DNA from: a virus | DNA length: 64,000 bases | Strand: one strand, 5' to 3' | IMG/VR virus record: IMGVR_UViG_3300010354_000002 | Coordinates: 19,162-83,161 of that record | Part shown: in pieces, positions 9,484 to 18,266 of the stretch | Layout: each line of letters begins with the position of its first letter | Position numbering within the stretch: position 1 is the first letter of the stretch | Program-made: the position numbers and the translations under genes | Notes under the pieces: generated by a model | Told to the model about the DNA's origin: nothing | Database searches by the model: none | Seen by the model: the letters and a program-made list of their open reading frames with translations, nothing else

Positions 9484-9890
9484 GCAAGATTGAGTTCGCG
9501 CAAGGCATGTCCTGCAAAGACCCCGATCACGTCCAGTTGAGCGAGGGCAGAGCGAAGGAGGTCGCGGACACACGCATTTCGTGAGCACGCATCAATTTGA
9601 TTGGGACTGTCTCGGATATCCTGTGCAACTGACAGGGCACATCGCAGGTTGCTGGTTATCTGGCACTCCAATGCAATAAACAATCCACATGCGTACCCAT
9701 TTTCGTGAATGATCGGCTTCAGGGCGTTTTTGTATGCGGTGATGGTGCCAAGCGCATCATTTATGATTTCGGCTACAGCATTGATATCGTCCCACGATTT
9801 CCACGTCAAGTCCTTGATTGGTGCGAGGGATTCAATGCTGTGCCCATAGAGAATCTGCAATACTGCGGTTGCGGGCAAAGTGGTGTCCAT
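9480..9890 (-). CDS. Helical early protein (paralogue of 8586..9002)
   Basis: Own promoter and RBS; its TGA stop lies inside the next TTGACA box. Confidence 0.75.
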   Translation of the reverse strand: MDTTLPATAVLQILYGHSIESLAPIKDLTWKSWDDINAVAEIINDALGTITAYKNALKPIIHENGYACGLFIALECQITSNLRCALSVAQDIRDSPNQIDACSRNACVRDLLRSALAQLDVIGVFAGHALRELNLA

Positions 9891-9955
9891 CTAAGTTCTC
9901 CTGTATCGGTTCTTCCGATGGGGTGATTGTACAAGCGTTGCAACGGCGTTGTCAA
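9891..9955 (-). promoter_or_regulatory. Early promoter and leader
   Basis: TTGACA(9950-9955)-18-TACAAT(9926-9931); upstream T-tract. Confidence 0.9.
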
Positions 9956-9972
9956 GGGCGCACAGGAAAAAA

Positions 9973-10461
9973 TTACAAGCCTTCCAGCCACTGATCCAGT
10001 TCGGTGTGATCAAGCCGGGGGTCGTCCAACGAAACGCCGTCTTGCGTTTTGTTGTAGCCAAAGTACCGAAGTTTTTCTCGCGCCTCCGTCCACGATTCAG
10101 ATCGGCGAACAGCACGGTACAGGGCTTCTGTGTTGCCTACCCACAACGTTACGTTCCATGTTTCGTAGTTTGCCCATCCGTTGTAGGTTTCATCATCCAA
10201 TGACGTTGCGTCTTTATCTGCTTCGACCGTATCCGTTCCGCAATCGCTTGGACATCCGTGTTTGTGGCAAAGGTTGCCATAGATTAGTTTGGCCGCTTCT
10301 GAATCCGGGCCGTTGGACATAGGCCCGGGGCGAAAACCCATCCTGATGCATTGGCACAAACGCCTGTACTCGCGGCTGGCCTGACCGTCGTGATGATCGG
10401 TGTACCACCAGTAATGCGCCTCAACGATATCGAACCTTGTGTAGTCGTAACCGATTGTCAT
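9973..10461 (-). CDS. Two-domain early protein (C-terminal YNGWANYETWNV family)
   Basis: AGGAG RBS before ATG 10461; motif widespread in phage hypotheticals. Confidence 0.75.
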   Translation of the reverse strand: MTIGYDYTRFDIVEAHYWWYTDHHDGQASREYRRLCQCIRMGFRPGPMSNGPDSEAAKLIYGNLCHKHGCPSDCGTDTVEADKDATSLDDETYNGWANYETWNVTLWVGNTEALYRAVRRSESWTEAREKLRYFGYNKTQDGVSLDDPRLDHTELDQWLEGL

Positions 10462-10781
10462 GTTGCTGCTCCTGCGTGAATGTAGTTGTCGTGTTCCCCA
10501 ACCAGATATGGCGTTGCATTCATGGGTTGACCACGTCGAACCCAACGTCCATTTTTCCTGCGTGTCACTATGACGCAATTCCCAACCCCGAGGCATACTG
10601 TCTTCCCATCAATGACCTTGTTTGATCTAACGACGATGCAACGGCGAGACCGAACTTGAACGATGATGTAACTATGCCGATCAGTCCATAGCAGGTGGGT
10701 AACTGAATCTCCCACCTGCGGCACGTGATCCAAGGGACTATGGATTGCAATCAGGTTCAGTAGGCTCCAATCAAATCTCAT
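10458..10781 (-). CDS. Early protein, P.VG...(W)TDR..Y.I family (paralogue of 37458)
   Basis: PQVGDSVT..WTDRHSYII...TRRKNGRWV; start uncertain. Confidence 0.65.
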   Translation of the reverse strand: MRFDWSLLNLIAIHSPLDHVPQVGDSVTHLLWTDRHSYIIVQVRSRRCIVVRSNKVIDGKTVCLGVGNCVIVTRRKNGRWVRRGQPMNATPYLVGEHDNYIHAGAAT

Positions 10782-11055
10782 GGAATGAGAGAGACCAGTG
10801 ATAGTCATGTTGATACCAGAATCCATGTCGTTGACAAATGGCACGCAGTTCGTTGGCGGCCTGCCATTCATCATCGCCATAGTTCAACAAGGTGTATAGC
10901 GGCGACCCTTCGATCGTCATAATGAAGGCAGAATTGCTTCCCCATTCCTCGCCACGCCTTTTCCATTCGGCAATAGACACAATCTTTGCCTCGCCGTCCC
11001 TTCTCTTTTCCAGCCATTTACGGATTTCGTTTTTCAATGCAGTACTGCTTCTCAT
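10771..11055 (-). CDS. Conserved early protein (EGSPLY.LLNYG family)
   Basis: AAGGAG RBS before ATG 11055. Confidence 0.75.
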   Translation of the reverse strand: MRSSTALKNEIRKWLEKRRDGEAKIVSIAEWKRRGEEWGSNSAFIMTIEGSPLYTLLNYGDDEWQAANELRAICQRHGFWYQHDYHWSLSFHEI

Positions 11056-11065
11056 TGGATTCTCC

Positions 11066-11272
11066 TTAGATTGCTCGAAATACAAACGTGTTGTTGTACT
11101 CACGGTACAGGAACAGATTGTCCCGATGCAACGACTTCTCAAACAGATGCTTGGCTTCGGTGATGGTTATCCGAGCCTCAACGCCTTCGCACAACTCAAC
11201 GTAATATGTGCCCGAACCCGGGAAATGCAGGTTGACAACCTGAGGCTTGGTATCGGTGTGCAAAACTTTCAT
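11066..11272 (-). CDS. Hypothetical early protein
   Basis: First gene after promoter 11273-11335. Confidence 0.65.
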   Translation of the reverse strand: MKVLHTDTKPQVVNLHFPGSGTYYVELCEGVEARITITEAKHLFEKSLHRDNLFLYREYNNTFVFRAI

Positions 11273-11335
11273 CTATGGTTCCTGTATCGGTGGTTCCGAT
11301 GAGTACATCATACACGCCATGTTCTTGGTTGTCAA
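11273..11335 (-). promoter_or_regulatory. Early promoter with CATCGG-AACCA-CCGAT leader
   Basis: TTGACA(11330-11335)-17-TATGAT(11307-11312). Confidence 0.85.
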
Positions 11336-11352
11336 GAAGAACGTCAAAATTG

Positions 11353-11763
11353 TTACACAGGCCAGATGACGGATTCAACAGCACGGTCGCTCCAACCGTA
11401 CTGGCCATAGTGAAGCGGGTTTTTGTGCAACAACACGCCCCTATGGCTTGCATGCAGGTCGCCGTCTCCAAGCCATTGCGGGATTGTGTAGTTGCCGGTC
11501 GTATACGCCAAAATCTTGGCCTTGCAGGTGTCGTTGTAGCCACGTGCAACCCACTCGTCGCAAACTGCCACTCCGTAGGCCACCAGAGCGTCTACATGAC
11601 CACGCCACTGCTTGGCGCAGGGATGATTAACCCAGCCTCTGGCTTCTGGGTCGGTGATCGCTTTCAGCAGTTGCAGTGTTTCAACTCGCTGCTTACCAAG
11701 ACGCTGGCGATCAAGCACTCGTGCGGAAGCCGTGAAATCGGCGAATGGAAGAAACGTTTGCAT
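11353..11763 (-). CDS. Pyrimidine-dimer DNA glycosylase / endonuclease V family (MSMEG_6728-like)
   Basis: MQTFLP...LDRQRLGKQRVE...HP...W.G...EW..RGY...PQWLG...HASHR. Confidence 0.85.
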   Translation of the reverse strand: MQTFLPFADFTASARVLDRQRLGKQRVETLQLLKAITDPEARGWVNHPCAKQWRGHVDALVAYGVAVCDEWVARGYNDTCKAKILAYTTGNYTIPQWLGDGDLHASHRGVLLHKNPLHYGQYGWSDRAVESVIWPV

Positions 11764-11890
11764 TGTGTACCTCGTACAGGTTTACCGGTGTCCGGTTGGT
11801 CGCACCACCGCCGTATCAATTGCCATTTCCGAGAAGTTTCGGCGACGGTGGTGCAGGGAAGATTTTACGCTTGCTTTTCGGCTTTGTCAA
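11764..11890 (-). promoter_or_regulatory. Promoter with long structured 5' leader
   Basis: TTGACA(11885-11890)-17-TAAAAT(11862-11867); 12-bp stem 11802-11854. Confidence 0.75.
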
Positions 11891-12290
11891 TGATGCCGTC
11901 AATGTCCCGCAGGAGTCGTGTCAGGTAGATCGCCAAATCCAACGACTCTTCAACCGCCATGCGCACCCAGAATTCTGGCGGGACGTCAGTCCTGTCCACG
12001 GTGCATTTGTAGTGATCCAGTCCGACCTTTTCGCGTCTGCGCATCAGATGGATGATTGAGTCAAGCGTTGCGCTGTTGCGCTTCAAACGTCCACGCCCAG
12101 ACAGCAGGTTCCACGCCTCGATTGCCATCCTACGTTGGTGATGCCACCGTCCGCTTGTGCCACAGACCTCGTCCGAGCATACGACGCGCCACCATTGCGA
12201 CCCGTCTGTTGCCCATTGAGGAGTCTCCTCAACGGGACAAGCCTCTGTCATGCAGACAGGACACGGCAGAGGCAGGTCCTCATTCTCCAT
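11865..12290 (-). CDS. Lar-like Zn ribbon fused to MazG-like nucleotide pyrophosphohydrolase domain
   Basis: LPCPVC...VVC...CG...AIEAWN (Lar), then R..VG..HY..TVDRTD...W...AVEESLDLAIYL. Confidence 0.65.
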   Translation of the reverse strand: MENEDLPLPCPVCMTEACPVEETPQWATDGSQWWRVVCSDEVCGTSGRWHHQRRMAIEAWNLLSGRGRLKRNSATLDSIIHLMRRREKVGLDHYKCTVDRTDVPPEFWVRMAVEESLDLAIYLTRLLRDIDGIIDKAEKQA

Positions 12291-12432
12291 ATTGGGTAGC
12301 CTTCTCCAGCAATGCATCGCGGTAGGCAAATTCGGCATCCAGAACACCGATCTGCGACCATGCGAATATTGCGATTACCGCAATCCCGAACAAGACTTCA
12401 AGCACCTGTTTCAAGAATTTGTATCTGTTCAT
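12280..12432 (-). CDS. Small single-TM membrane protein (not in ORF track)
   Basis: MNRYKFLKQVLEVLFGIAVIAIFAWSQIG..., 50 aa, AGGA RBS. Confidence 0.55.
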   Translation of the reverse strand: MNRYKFLKQVLEVLFGIAVIAIFAWSQIGVLDAEFAYRDALLEKATQYGE

Positions 12433-12448
12433 TCTGTTTCCCTATGAG

Positions 12449-12853
12449 TTAGCCGCGAGCGGCAGACAGGTATGCGTTGACGGCATCCCGCACAATAACC
12501 GACCTGTTTCGCCCAGTTTCGGCAGCATGTCGGTTGAGGTCGCCCATCAGATCAGTGTCCATGGCAAACGTGATCGCAACCACTCGCCGGGTTGTCTGCG
12601 GGACAATCGGAGTGAACGCAACCGGTTCCGCAATGTCCACCACGGTGCAACCAAGCACATTGGCAAGGCGATCTGCCGTACCGGGGAGCACATTGCCAAT
12701 TCCCCGCAGGGCAACGGACAGGCTATTTGTGGACACACCGGAAGCGGCTGCAATGTCACGCAGTACAGGACGGCCCTTCTCTGGGAACACTTCGGCCCAA
12801 CGCCGGTAAATCTCGGGCGTTTTCAGTTTGTAACGTCGAACTGTATCATTCAT
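12449..12853 (-). CDS. Transcriptional regulator, XRE HTH plus CopG ribbon-helix-helix
   Basis: LRDIAAASGVSTNSLS...RLANVLG; ITFAMD...RNRSVIVRDAVNAYL. Confidence 0.8.
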   Translation of the reverse strand: MNDTVRRYKLKTPEIYRRWAEVFPEKGRPVLRDIAAASGVSTNSLSVALRGIGNVLPGTADRLANVLGCTVVDIAEPVAFTPIVPQTTRRVVAITFAMDTDLMGDLNRHAAETGRNRSVIVRDAVNAYLSAARG

Positions 12854-12968
12854 TCAATGTCTCCTGCCCAAGAACGGGCCTTGGCATAATATCGTTATTA
12901 ACACGGCACTGCAATGTACGCACGGGCATCCCGTTGTCACAAGCCACGGCTGATGGTAACACAAGGGC

Positions 12969-13460
12969 ATGTACAGACAGCCCAAATACGAACAAGAACG
13001 AGACCGAGCGGTGCAAACCGTTGTGCAGGATTTCCTTCAAATACAGACCAGTTGGCACTGCCCAGACCTGCGGTTGACTCAGACACCGGTAGGTGCACAC
13101 GTGGATTACATGTGGCACCGTGGCGATCAACTGGTGCATGTCGGCGAGTTGAAACGCAGGAATTTCACCCATGATCATTGGCCTGAATACATGATCAGCG
13201 CAAGCAAGGTTCATGCGATCCAGCGTTACGCAGAACTGGGCTGGATTCTAGTTCTGTTCAAGGACGGCTTGTTCCGCATCCCGGTGCGTAGAGGCATGGA
13301 TGTAGTGATGAAGCGTGGAGGGCGCACAACCCAGTCTCGTGACTCTTGGGAGGCAGGAGGTGAACTGTGCGCCTATTTCACGCCATTGGATATGCACCGT
13401 TTCCACATGTGGACTGATATGTGGCAAAGAAGAGCGCAGAAAGCCCTCAGGGCTTCTTGA
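12969..13460 (+). CDS. PD-(D/E)XK-like nuclease-fold protein
   Basis: VDY...GELKRR...YMISASK...GGRT. Confidence 0.65.
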   Translation: MYRQPKYEQERDRAVQTVVQDFLQIQTSWHCPDLRLTQTPVGAHVDYMWHRGDQLVHVGELKRRNFTHDHWPEYMISASKVHAIQRYAELGWILVLFKDGLFRIPVRRGMDVVMKRGGRTTQSRDSWEAGGELCAYFTPLDMHRFHMWTDMWQRRAQKALRAS

Positions 13461-13887
13461 TCCACTCGCCCGGGACCCATCCATCTTTGGCATAATGCTG
13501 GCCCTCAAGCACCCTGACATGCGTCAATCCAGACAGGAATCCGCCGTATCCCAGAATGCGCACACGGGTTCGGGATGGAGTCTCAAACATGCCGCCCTGA
13601 AGCCAGATGTTGAGTGCGCCTTCCTTGTCCTTGCGCCCCATGGCTCCAAGAAAGTCCGAGGCAATCTTCTCAGATGCAAACACTGTGACTGGAGCGGACT
13701 CAATTCCATTATGGAGGTTGACGACGTCACCGATCTTTGCCGACACATTCGTCACGGTCTGTGTATTTGTGCTGCCACTGCTTGGCAGGAATACGCTTGC
13801 CACACAACCACCGAACAGGACTACCGGGATGGCGCATACGATCAAGCAGCCTATCCCGGTAGCACCCAAACAATTCACGTCAGACAT
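13447..13887 (-). CDS. Membrane-anchored protein with SH3-like C-terminus (moron-like)
   Basis: GAAAGGAG RBS; N-terminal TM; VRVLEG...GWVP.EWI. Confidence 0.7.
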   Translation of the reverse strand: MSDVNCLGATGIGCLIVCAIPVVLFGGCVASVFLPSSGSTNTQTVTNVSAKIGDVVNLHNGIESAPVTVFASEKIASDFLGAMGRKDKEGALNIWLQGGMFETPSRTRVRILGYGGFLSGLTHVRVLEGQHYAKDGWVPGEWIKKP

Positions 13888-13951
13888 TGATTTACTCCTT
13901 TCAAAAGAACAGGCCCGGTTGCCCGAGCCTTTGACATCAACAATCTTGGCA

Positions 13952-14197
13952 TTAGCCTTTGTGCTTTTTGCCAACCTCCAGAATGGGCTTCCAACTAAAC
14001 TCGCCATAAGGCAGCCACCAAATGCAAACATAGGACCAGCCGTTGTCCTGAAGTTCCTTGTTCCACCCCATGCACAGTGCAACCATGTCGTCGTGCGTAC
14101 CTTCAAAGTGTTGCTCCCGGTATCTCGTGATAAGGCCACAGTTCACTTGGGCGAAAACTGTGCCTTTGATTGTCTCAATGGTGGTCGTGGTGCTCAT
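13952..14197 (-). CDS. Hypothetical early protein
   Basis: ATACAGGAGAACTACG leader before ATG. Confidence 0.75.
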   Translation of the reverse strand: MSTTTTIETIKGTVFAQVNCGLITRYREQHFEGTHDDMVALCMGWNKELQDNGWSYVCIWWLPYGEFSWKPILEVGKKHKG

Positions 14198-14259
14198 CGT
14201 AGTTCTCCTGTATGGGTAGCCCGGTTGCCCGGGCTGTATTGTCGTCGTTTCAATATCTG

Positions 14260-14541
14260 CTACTTGCGATACCGGGCTTGGCGGAGTGCGTCACCCAACT
14301 TCTCATTGTAGTAATCGTAATCGTCTTCAACCTTTTCCTCCTGTGCCTGAATCGGCCTAATGCCCAAGACTGAGCGATGCCGTCCAAAGTTCTGCTTGAA
14401 GGTAAACGCAATCTGAATCGCTCGGGCTTGCTCAGGTGTCAAGGTTTCAAGAACGGCGATCACGTTTTCAAGGTCTTGGTCGTTGTCGCTGAATTGGAGG
14501 GTCGGCTTGAAGTTCGGGTCGGTTGCTCGCAGAATGCTCAT
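14260..14541 (-). CDS. Hypothetical early protein
   Basis: Start ATG 14541, after conserved leader. Confidence 0.75.
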   Translation of the reverse strand: MSILRATDPNFKPTLQFSDNDQDLENVIAVLETLTPEQARAIQIAFTFKQNFGRHRSVLGIRPIQAQEEKVEDDYDYYNEKLGDALRQARYRK

Positions 14542-14604
14542 CGTAGTTCTCCTGTATCGGTGATCCGATGAAATGACTATACGCCCAAGACAAAGTGTTG
14601 TCAA
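14542..14604 (-). promoter_or_regulatory. Early promoter with CATCGG-ATCA-CCGAT leader
   Basis: TTGACA(14599-14604)-17-TATAGT(14576-14581). Confidence 0.9.
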
Positions 14605-14642
14605 GGGCGTACAGAAAAAAGACGATAAGTTTTTTTGGCGTG

Positions 14643-14945
14643 TCAGACGTCGTTGTTGTCGCCGTCCCATACGACACGTGATAGCGGAATGGAGTACACG
14701 GTCGTACCTGCGGAAGAGGCATTCTCCACGACGCAGTACGTTGCGTCCTTCAGCCGGTATGTTGCCAAGCATGTGATAGACACGTTCTTCCCGGCCTTCA
14801 TGTACGACCCTTTTAGGCCGTTGTAGCGAGTCAGGGCATGCAGTTTGCCTTCAAGGTGTTTGACCCTCCCCTGAAGCAGCAACGAGACATACGTGGTTGC
14901 CAGCACAAACGCAGTGAAGATCAACGTGGTTATGGTGTCCAGCAT
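14643..14945 (-). CDS. Membrane-anchored hypothetical protein
   Basis: AGGAGG RBS; N-terminal TM. Confidence 0.7.
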   Translation of the reverse strand: MLDTITTLIFTAFVLATTYVSLLLQGRVKHLEGKLHALTRYNGLKGSYMKAGKNVSITCLATYRLKDATYCVVENASSAGTTVYSIPLSRVVWDGDNNDV

Positions 14946-14954
14946 GTCAACCTC

Positions 14955-15404
14955 CTACGCAAACGTCACCTCTCGCTTGCTGATGGCCTGCTGTGCAGTC
15001 GCCATGATGTCCCGGAAGTCCTCTTCGTGCAGGATCTCACGGGCCGCATGGTAGAACGCAATGCGGATGTCGTACTGCTCGGGCGTAGATGCGGACGTGA
15101 TAATAGGACGTGCGTTCTCGGCTGTCCGGGCATCGTACAGGGCGCGATTCAGTTTGTCGTGCTGGGTCTGCTTGATTCGCAACGCCTTTTGCGCCGACCG
15201 AAACCAGCCTTCGTCGGATTTGATTCCATCCTCGCGCAAACGCCTTGCCGCGATATCAATCTGATTGCGGATATCCAGCATATCGTTGTCCAGTTTGGAT
15301 AGTAGTTGCCGAATTCGTGCCGATCCTACCGCAACAGGATCTAGGCAAGCCTCTTCCACCACATCTGGTGTCACCATCAATTCCGGACCTGATTCAACGT
15401 ACAT
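14955..15404 (-). CDS. Coiled-coil hypothetical protein
   Basis: GAGGGG RBS before ATG 15404. Confidence 0.65.
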   Translation of the reverse strand: MYVESGPELMVTPDVVEEACLDPVAVGSARIRQLLSKLDNDMLDIRNQIDIAARRLREDGIKSDEGWFRSAQKALRIKQTQHDKLNRALYDARTAENARPIITSASTPEQYDIRIAFYHAAREILHEEDFRDIMATAQQAISKREVTFA

Positions 15405-15435
15405 AACGTACCCCCTCTGTTTTAGGTAATGAATG

Positions 15436-15837
15436 CTATCCCGAAACCACTTCCCTGTCAACGCATGATGCGCACATTTCAAGCCATGCATCAGGATGGA
15501 TTCGTAATTGGACGATGCGATGCTTCTGCCTGATCAATTCGACTAGCCCCGCAGCCTCGCACGCAACGGCTATGTCGTGCGCCCGTGGTGCACCGCAATG
15601 ATCTGCCAAAACGGACGGCACATACCTCGCCCACACTGTTTCGGTTGACACCAATGCGGTTGCAGTTGAAGTGCCACGGTATGCCCGTGTCTGATGTTGC
15701 GCCAGCCATGTCAGCAGACGGATTGATGCGTACATCCGATTTCTGGCGTATGGGATTTTCGGCACCTGCTTGATTCGATCCAGCACCATCTCCGGCAATC
15801 GCCTTGGAATCCACATACCGTCAACCCAGACGTCCAT
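15436..15837 (-). CDS. Putative winged-helix protein
   Basis: GGAG RBS; overlaps upstream stop; helix-helix-wing pattern. Confidence 0.5.
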   Translation of the reverse strand: MDVWVDGMWIPRRLPEMVLDRIKQVPKIPYARNRMYASIRLLTWLAQHQTRAYRGTSTATALVSTETVWARYVPSVLADHCGAPRAHDIAVACEAAGLVELIRQKHRIVQLRIHPDAWLEMCASCVDREVVSG

Positions 15838-16240
15838 CCAGCAACTCCCCGATGCGTTTGCATATGTTTGGCCATTGCGGCATCGCAAGGCATCTGGTGG
15901 CAACGTAGGCGGCTTGCAGTGCCTGATCGGCATTCCACACCACCCACGATCCTCCACGCTTCCATATTTCAGTCTGTGCTATTCCTCGTGCGTCTGCCTG
16001 ATGCAGCATGGATTCGGCCTCTTTCTCGCCTCGCTTGAATTCCAACGCAAGCCAGATTCCACGGGGCCAAGTTCGATGCCGAACCAGTTTGTCGGGTATT
16101 CCCACTGTGTTTCCAACGTATCCCCGTTGCCCTTGTGGACGAGAGCCACCTACCGTCACAACCTCGAAACCGCAGGCACACAACAATTGGGTCGCAACTG
16201 ACTCAACCTGTTTCTCAGTCGGTCGTGGCGTTTTCATCAA
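15821..16240 (-). CDS. VRR-NUC-like endonuclease / resolvase
   Basis: TEKQVE...GIPDKLV...LALEFKR...Q..W. Confidence 0.8.
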   Translation of the reverse strand: MMKTPRPTEKQVESVATQLLCACGFEVVTVGGSRPQGQRGYVGNTVGIPDKLVRHRTWPRGIWLALEFKRGEKEAESMLHQADARGIAQTEIWKRGGSWVVWNADQALQAAYVATRCLAMPQWPNICKRIGELLDGRLG

Positions 16241-16853
16241 TACCCCGTATCAGATGCGCTAGTTCATCCAGTGCGCTGATGCTCAACGTGTTTGCAACAC
16301 GTTCTGGTGCCGGTCTGCCAGACGACATGGCTGCCTCTACGTCTTCACCAGCATCCATTGCGGATATGACCGCTTCGTCCTGCCTGATTGCCTCTGCCAG
16401 TTTGATCAGTGTTGCGGATCGGTCATGGTCGCCCATATACACAGCCTCGGCGACTGCATCAAATGCCTTGGACAGGGCCTTGCCCCGCTGCACCGCGCCC
16501 ACGCTGGTTTCCTCCAACAACATGCGTCTGGCGACGACGTGGGACGGCAGCCCAGAGCCGGATTCTGCAAGGCGGCGCATGCCATACCAATAAGTCGCAG
16601 GTATGTATGCATCGTCGTCCAGAACTCCCTCGTCCCGCAAGATTATTTCAGCGTCCACCTTGGTCAGGCCGTTGGCAGCCATGCCGACCAATGCCGGTCG
16701 AACTTCCTCCGGGGGCGGTGTCATGCCACGCAACCACGATTCCACGTCGTCGTGCAATTTGCGCTTCTGTGCATCGGACAGGTAACGGAAATAGTTCGGT
16801 CGCATTGTTGTCAGCCCATGCATATCATAAAACGCACGGTCATACGATGACAT
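16215..16853 (-). CDS. Helical hypothetical protein (possible terminase small subunit)
   Basis: Intact ORF in operon; function is only a guess. Confidence 0.55.
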   Translation of the reverse strand: MSSYDRAFYDMHGLTTMRPNYFRYLSDAQKRKLHDDVESWLRGMTPPPEEVRPALVGMAANGLTKVDAEIILRDEGVLDDDAYIPATYWYGMRRLAESGSGLPSHVVARRMLLEETSVGAVQRGKALSKAFDAVAEAVYMGDHDRSATLIKLAEAIRQDEAVISAMDAGEDVEAAMSSGRPAPERVANTLSISALDELAHLIRGIDENATTD

Positions 16854-16875
16854 CGTTTAGCAAAACACGGTTTGT

Positions 16876-17535
16876 CTAACTATGTTTGGAGAACACCAGT
16901 TGCATGATTGTTGGGAAACATTCATCCAGAATTGCCTTGACCGCCTGAGCGACCTCCCTGTGCTCCTTCTGTGTAGTCTCATCCAGACGCAATTTTAGGT
17001 AATGAATCCAAGAGCGCACGTTGCCAGTCATATACATGCGCGTCGGCGTACACAGTGGCAGTACCGACCTTGCCGACTCAGGCGCAACTCCCATGACGAC
17101 CATGTCAACATAGGCCTCATAGGTTCGATGCATCAAACACTCAGCACGTTCAACCGATGCCTTTTGCCCCGGTGTAAGTTCCTGCGAAATACTGGACTGA
17201 CGATTCGTTGTTCCAGCAATACGCATTTCCGGCAAGGCAGGAGGCTTTATCTTGGAGGAGTATCGTTGCGAAAACTCCTGAAAGCAAAAACTCCGATGCC
17301 GCAGTATTTGCGCGGCCACGTCCCGTGTCGTGTTGATTTCAATGCATGCTGTGGCGTGTTCAAAAGGCGACCAATGGTTATGTTCTACAAGATATTTGAA
17401 CAGGCGAGAGTATTCAGGGTTTTCCTGATTGGACGAACTAACCCGCGCAATGTAGGCGATTAGTGCCTCCGCATTAGGCGTCGCCCACACCAAAGACGCA
17501 GTGCGCCCGTCTGAATTACCCCAGTTTCCGTTCAT
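16876..17535 (-). CDS. thyX: FAD-dependent thymidylate synthase
   Basis: HWSPFEH, RHRSFCFQEFSQRY, GNVRSWIHY...R...TQKEHR. Confidence 0.95.
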   Translation of the reverse strand: MNGNWGNSDGRTASLVWATPNAEALIAYIARVSSSNQENPEYSRLFKYLVEHNHWSPFEHATACIEINTTRDVAAQILRHRSFCFQEFSQRYSSKIKPPALPEMRIAGTTNRQSSISQELTPGQKASVERAECLMHRTYEAYVDMVVMGVAPESARSVLPLCTPTRMYMTGNVRSWIHYLKLRLDETTQKEHREVAQAVKAILDECFPTIMQLVFSKHS

Positions 17536-17759
17536 TCCACAACCTGCCATTCGTCTTCCATCAGTTCACCGAGGATGTAAGGTCCGCCATGAAGCACTGT
17601 GCGTTCCTCTGTGACCCCATCTATTTCGGAATGCATGTAGAACGCCCAGCACTGGTAGTATTTTTCGGGCTTTGCCAACAGGTATTGGCCATCGGGCCAG
17701 TATTCCCGCCGTATCCGTTTTCCCTCCCGAAGGGCTTGCAGGGCTTCCGGTCCAGTCAT
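17532..17759 (-). CDS. Tad2/DUF2829-like protein, copy 4
   Basis: MTGPEALQALREGKRIRREYW...ELMEDEWQVVE. Confidence 0.75.
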   Translation of the reverse strand: MTGPEALQALREGKRIRREYWPDGQYLLAKPEKYYQCWAFYMHSEIDGVTEERTVLHGGPYILGELMEDEWQVVE

Positions 17760-18013
17760 TTGTCAACCTCCACTACTTCCCAGTCGTCGTACATCAACAA
17801 TTCAGAGAGGAATATTCCTTTGGCATATGAAGTTATGACTACACCTTTGTCATCAATCCAATCTATTGAGTTTGGATTCCATTCATCCGTGCCATACAGG
17901 ATGCATCCTTCTCCATGGAAGCAAACAGCATTGGCATGAACTCCTTCACCCCAATGTTGCCTCTTGATTTTCTTGCCGTTGCGCAGGGCTTGCAATGCTT
18001 CCGGCCCAGTCAT
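17756..18013 (-). CDS. Tad2/DUF2829-like protein, copy 3
   Basis: MTGPEALQALRNGKKIKRQHW...LLMYDDWEVVE. Confidence 0.75.
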   Translation of the reverse strand: MTGPEALQALRNGKKIKRQHWGEGVHANAVCFHGEGCILYGTDEWNPNSIDWIDDKGVVITSYAKGIFLSELLMYDDWEVVEVDK

Positions 18014-18264
18014 TCCGCCAACTCCACTACTTCCCAGTCGTCGTGCAGGAACGAGGCCGCAATCCAACCGGGGTAGTTATGTGCGTCGTCCATGAAGATC
18101 GCCGATCCGTGAATTACGATATCAAAATCGCAAGGGCCTCCGTCCAAATCTTCGGCCCCTTCCTCGTCCCAAGTAAACGCTTTGAAATGCGTTCCCGGCG
18201 TCCACATGCACCGTCGAACGGCTTTGCCTCGCTTAAGGGCTTCTATCGCTTCTGATCCGGTCAT
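18010..18264 (-). CDS. Tad2/DUF2829-like protein, copy 2
   Basis: MTGSEAIEALKRGKAVRRCMW...FLHDDWEVVE. Confidence 0.75.
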   Translation of the reverse strand: MTGSEAIEALKRGKAVRRCMWTPGTHFKAFTWDEEGAEDLDGGPCDFDIVIHGSAIFMDDAHNYPGWIAASFLHDDWEVVELAE

Positions 18265-18266
18265 CC

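Noticed and set aside
11802-11854. Hammerhead ribozyme
   Set aside because: Lacks the CUGANGA core on either strand.
8541-14570. Repeated ~25-41-bp palindromic element as a CRISPR array or attC sites
   Set aside because: Copies are hundreds to thousands of bp apart, each lies between a promoter and a start codon, and no cas or integrase gene is present.
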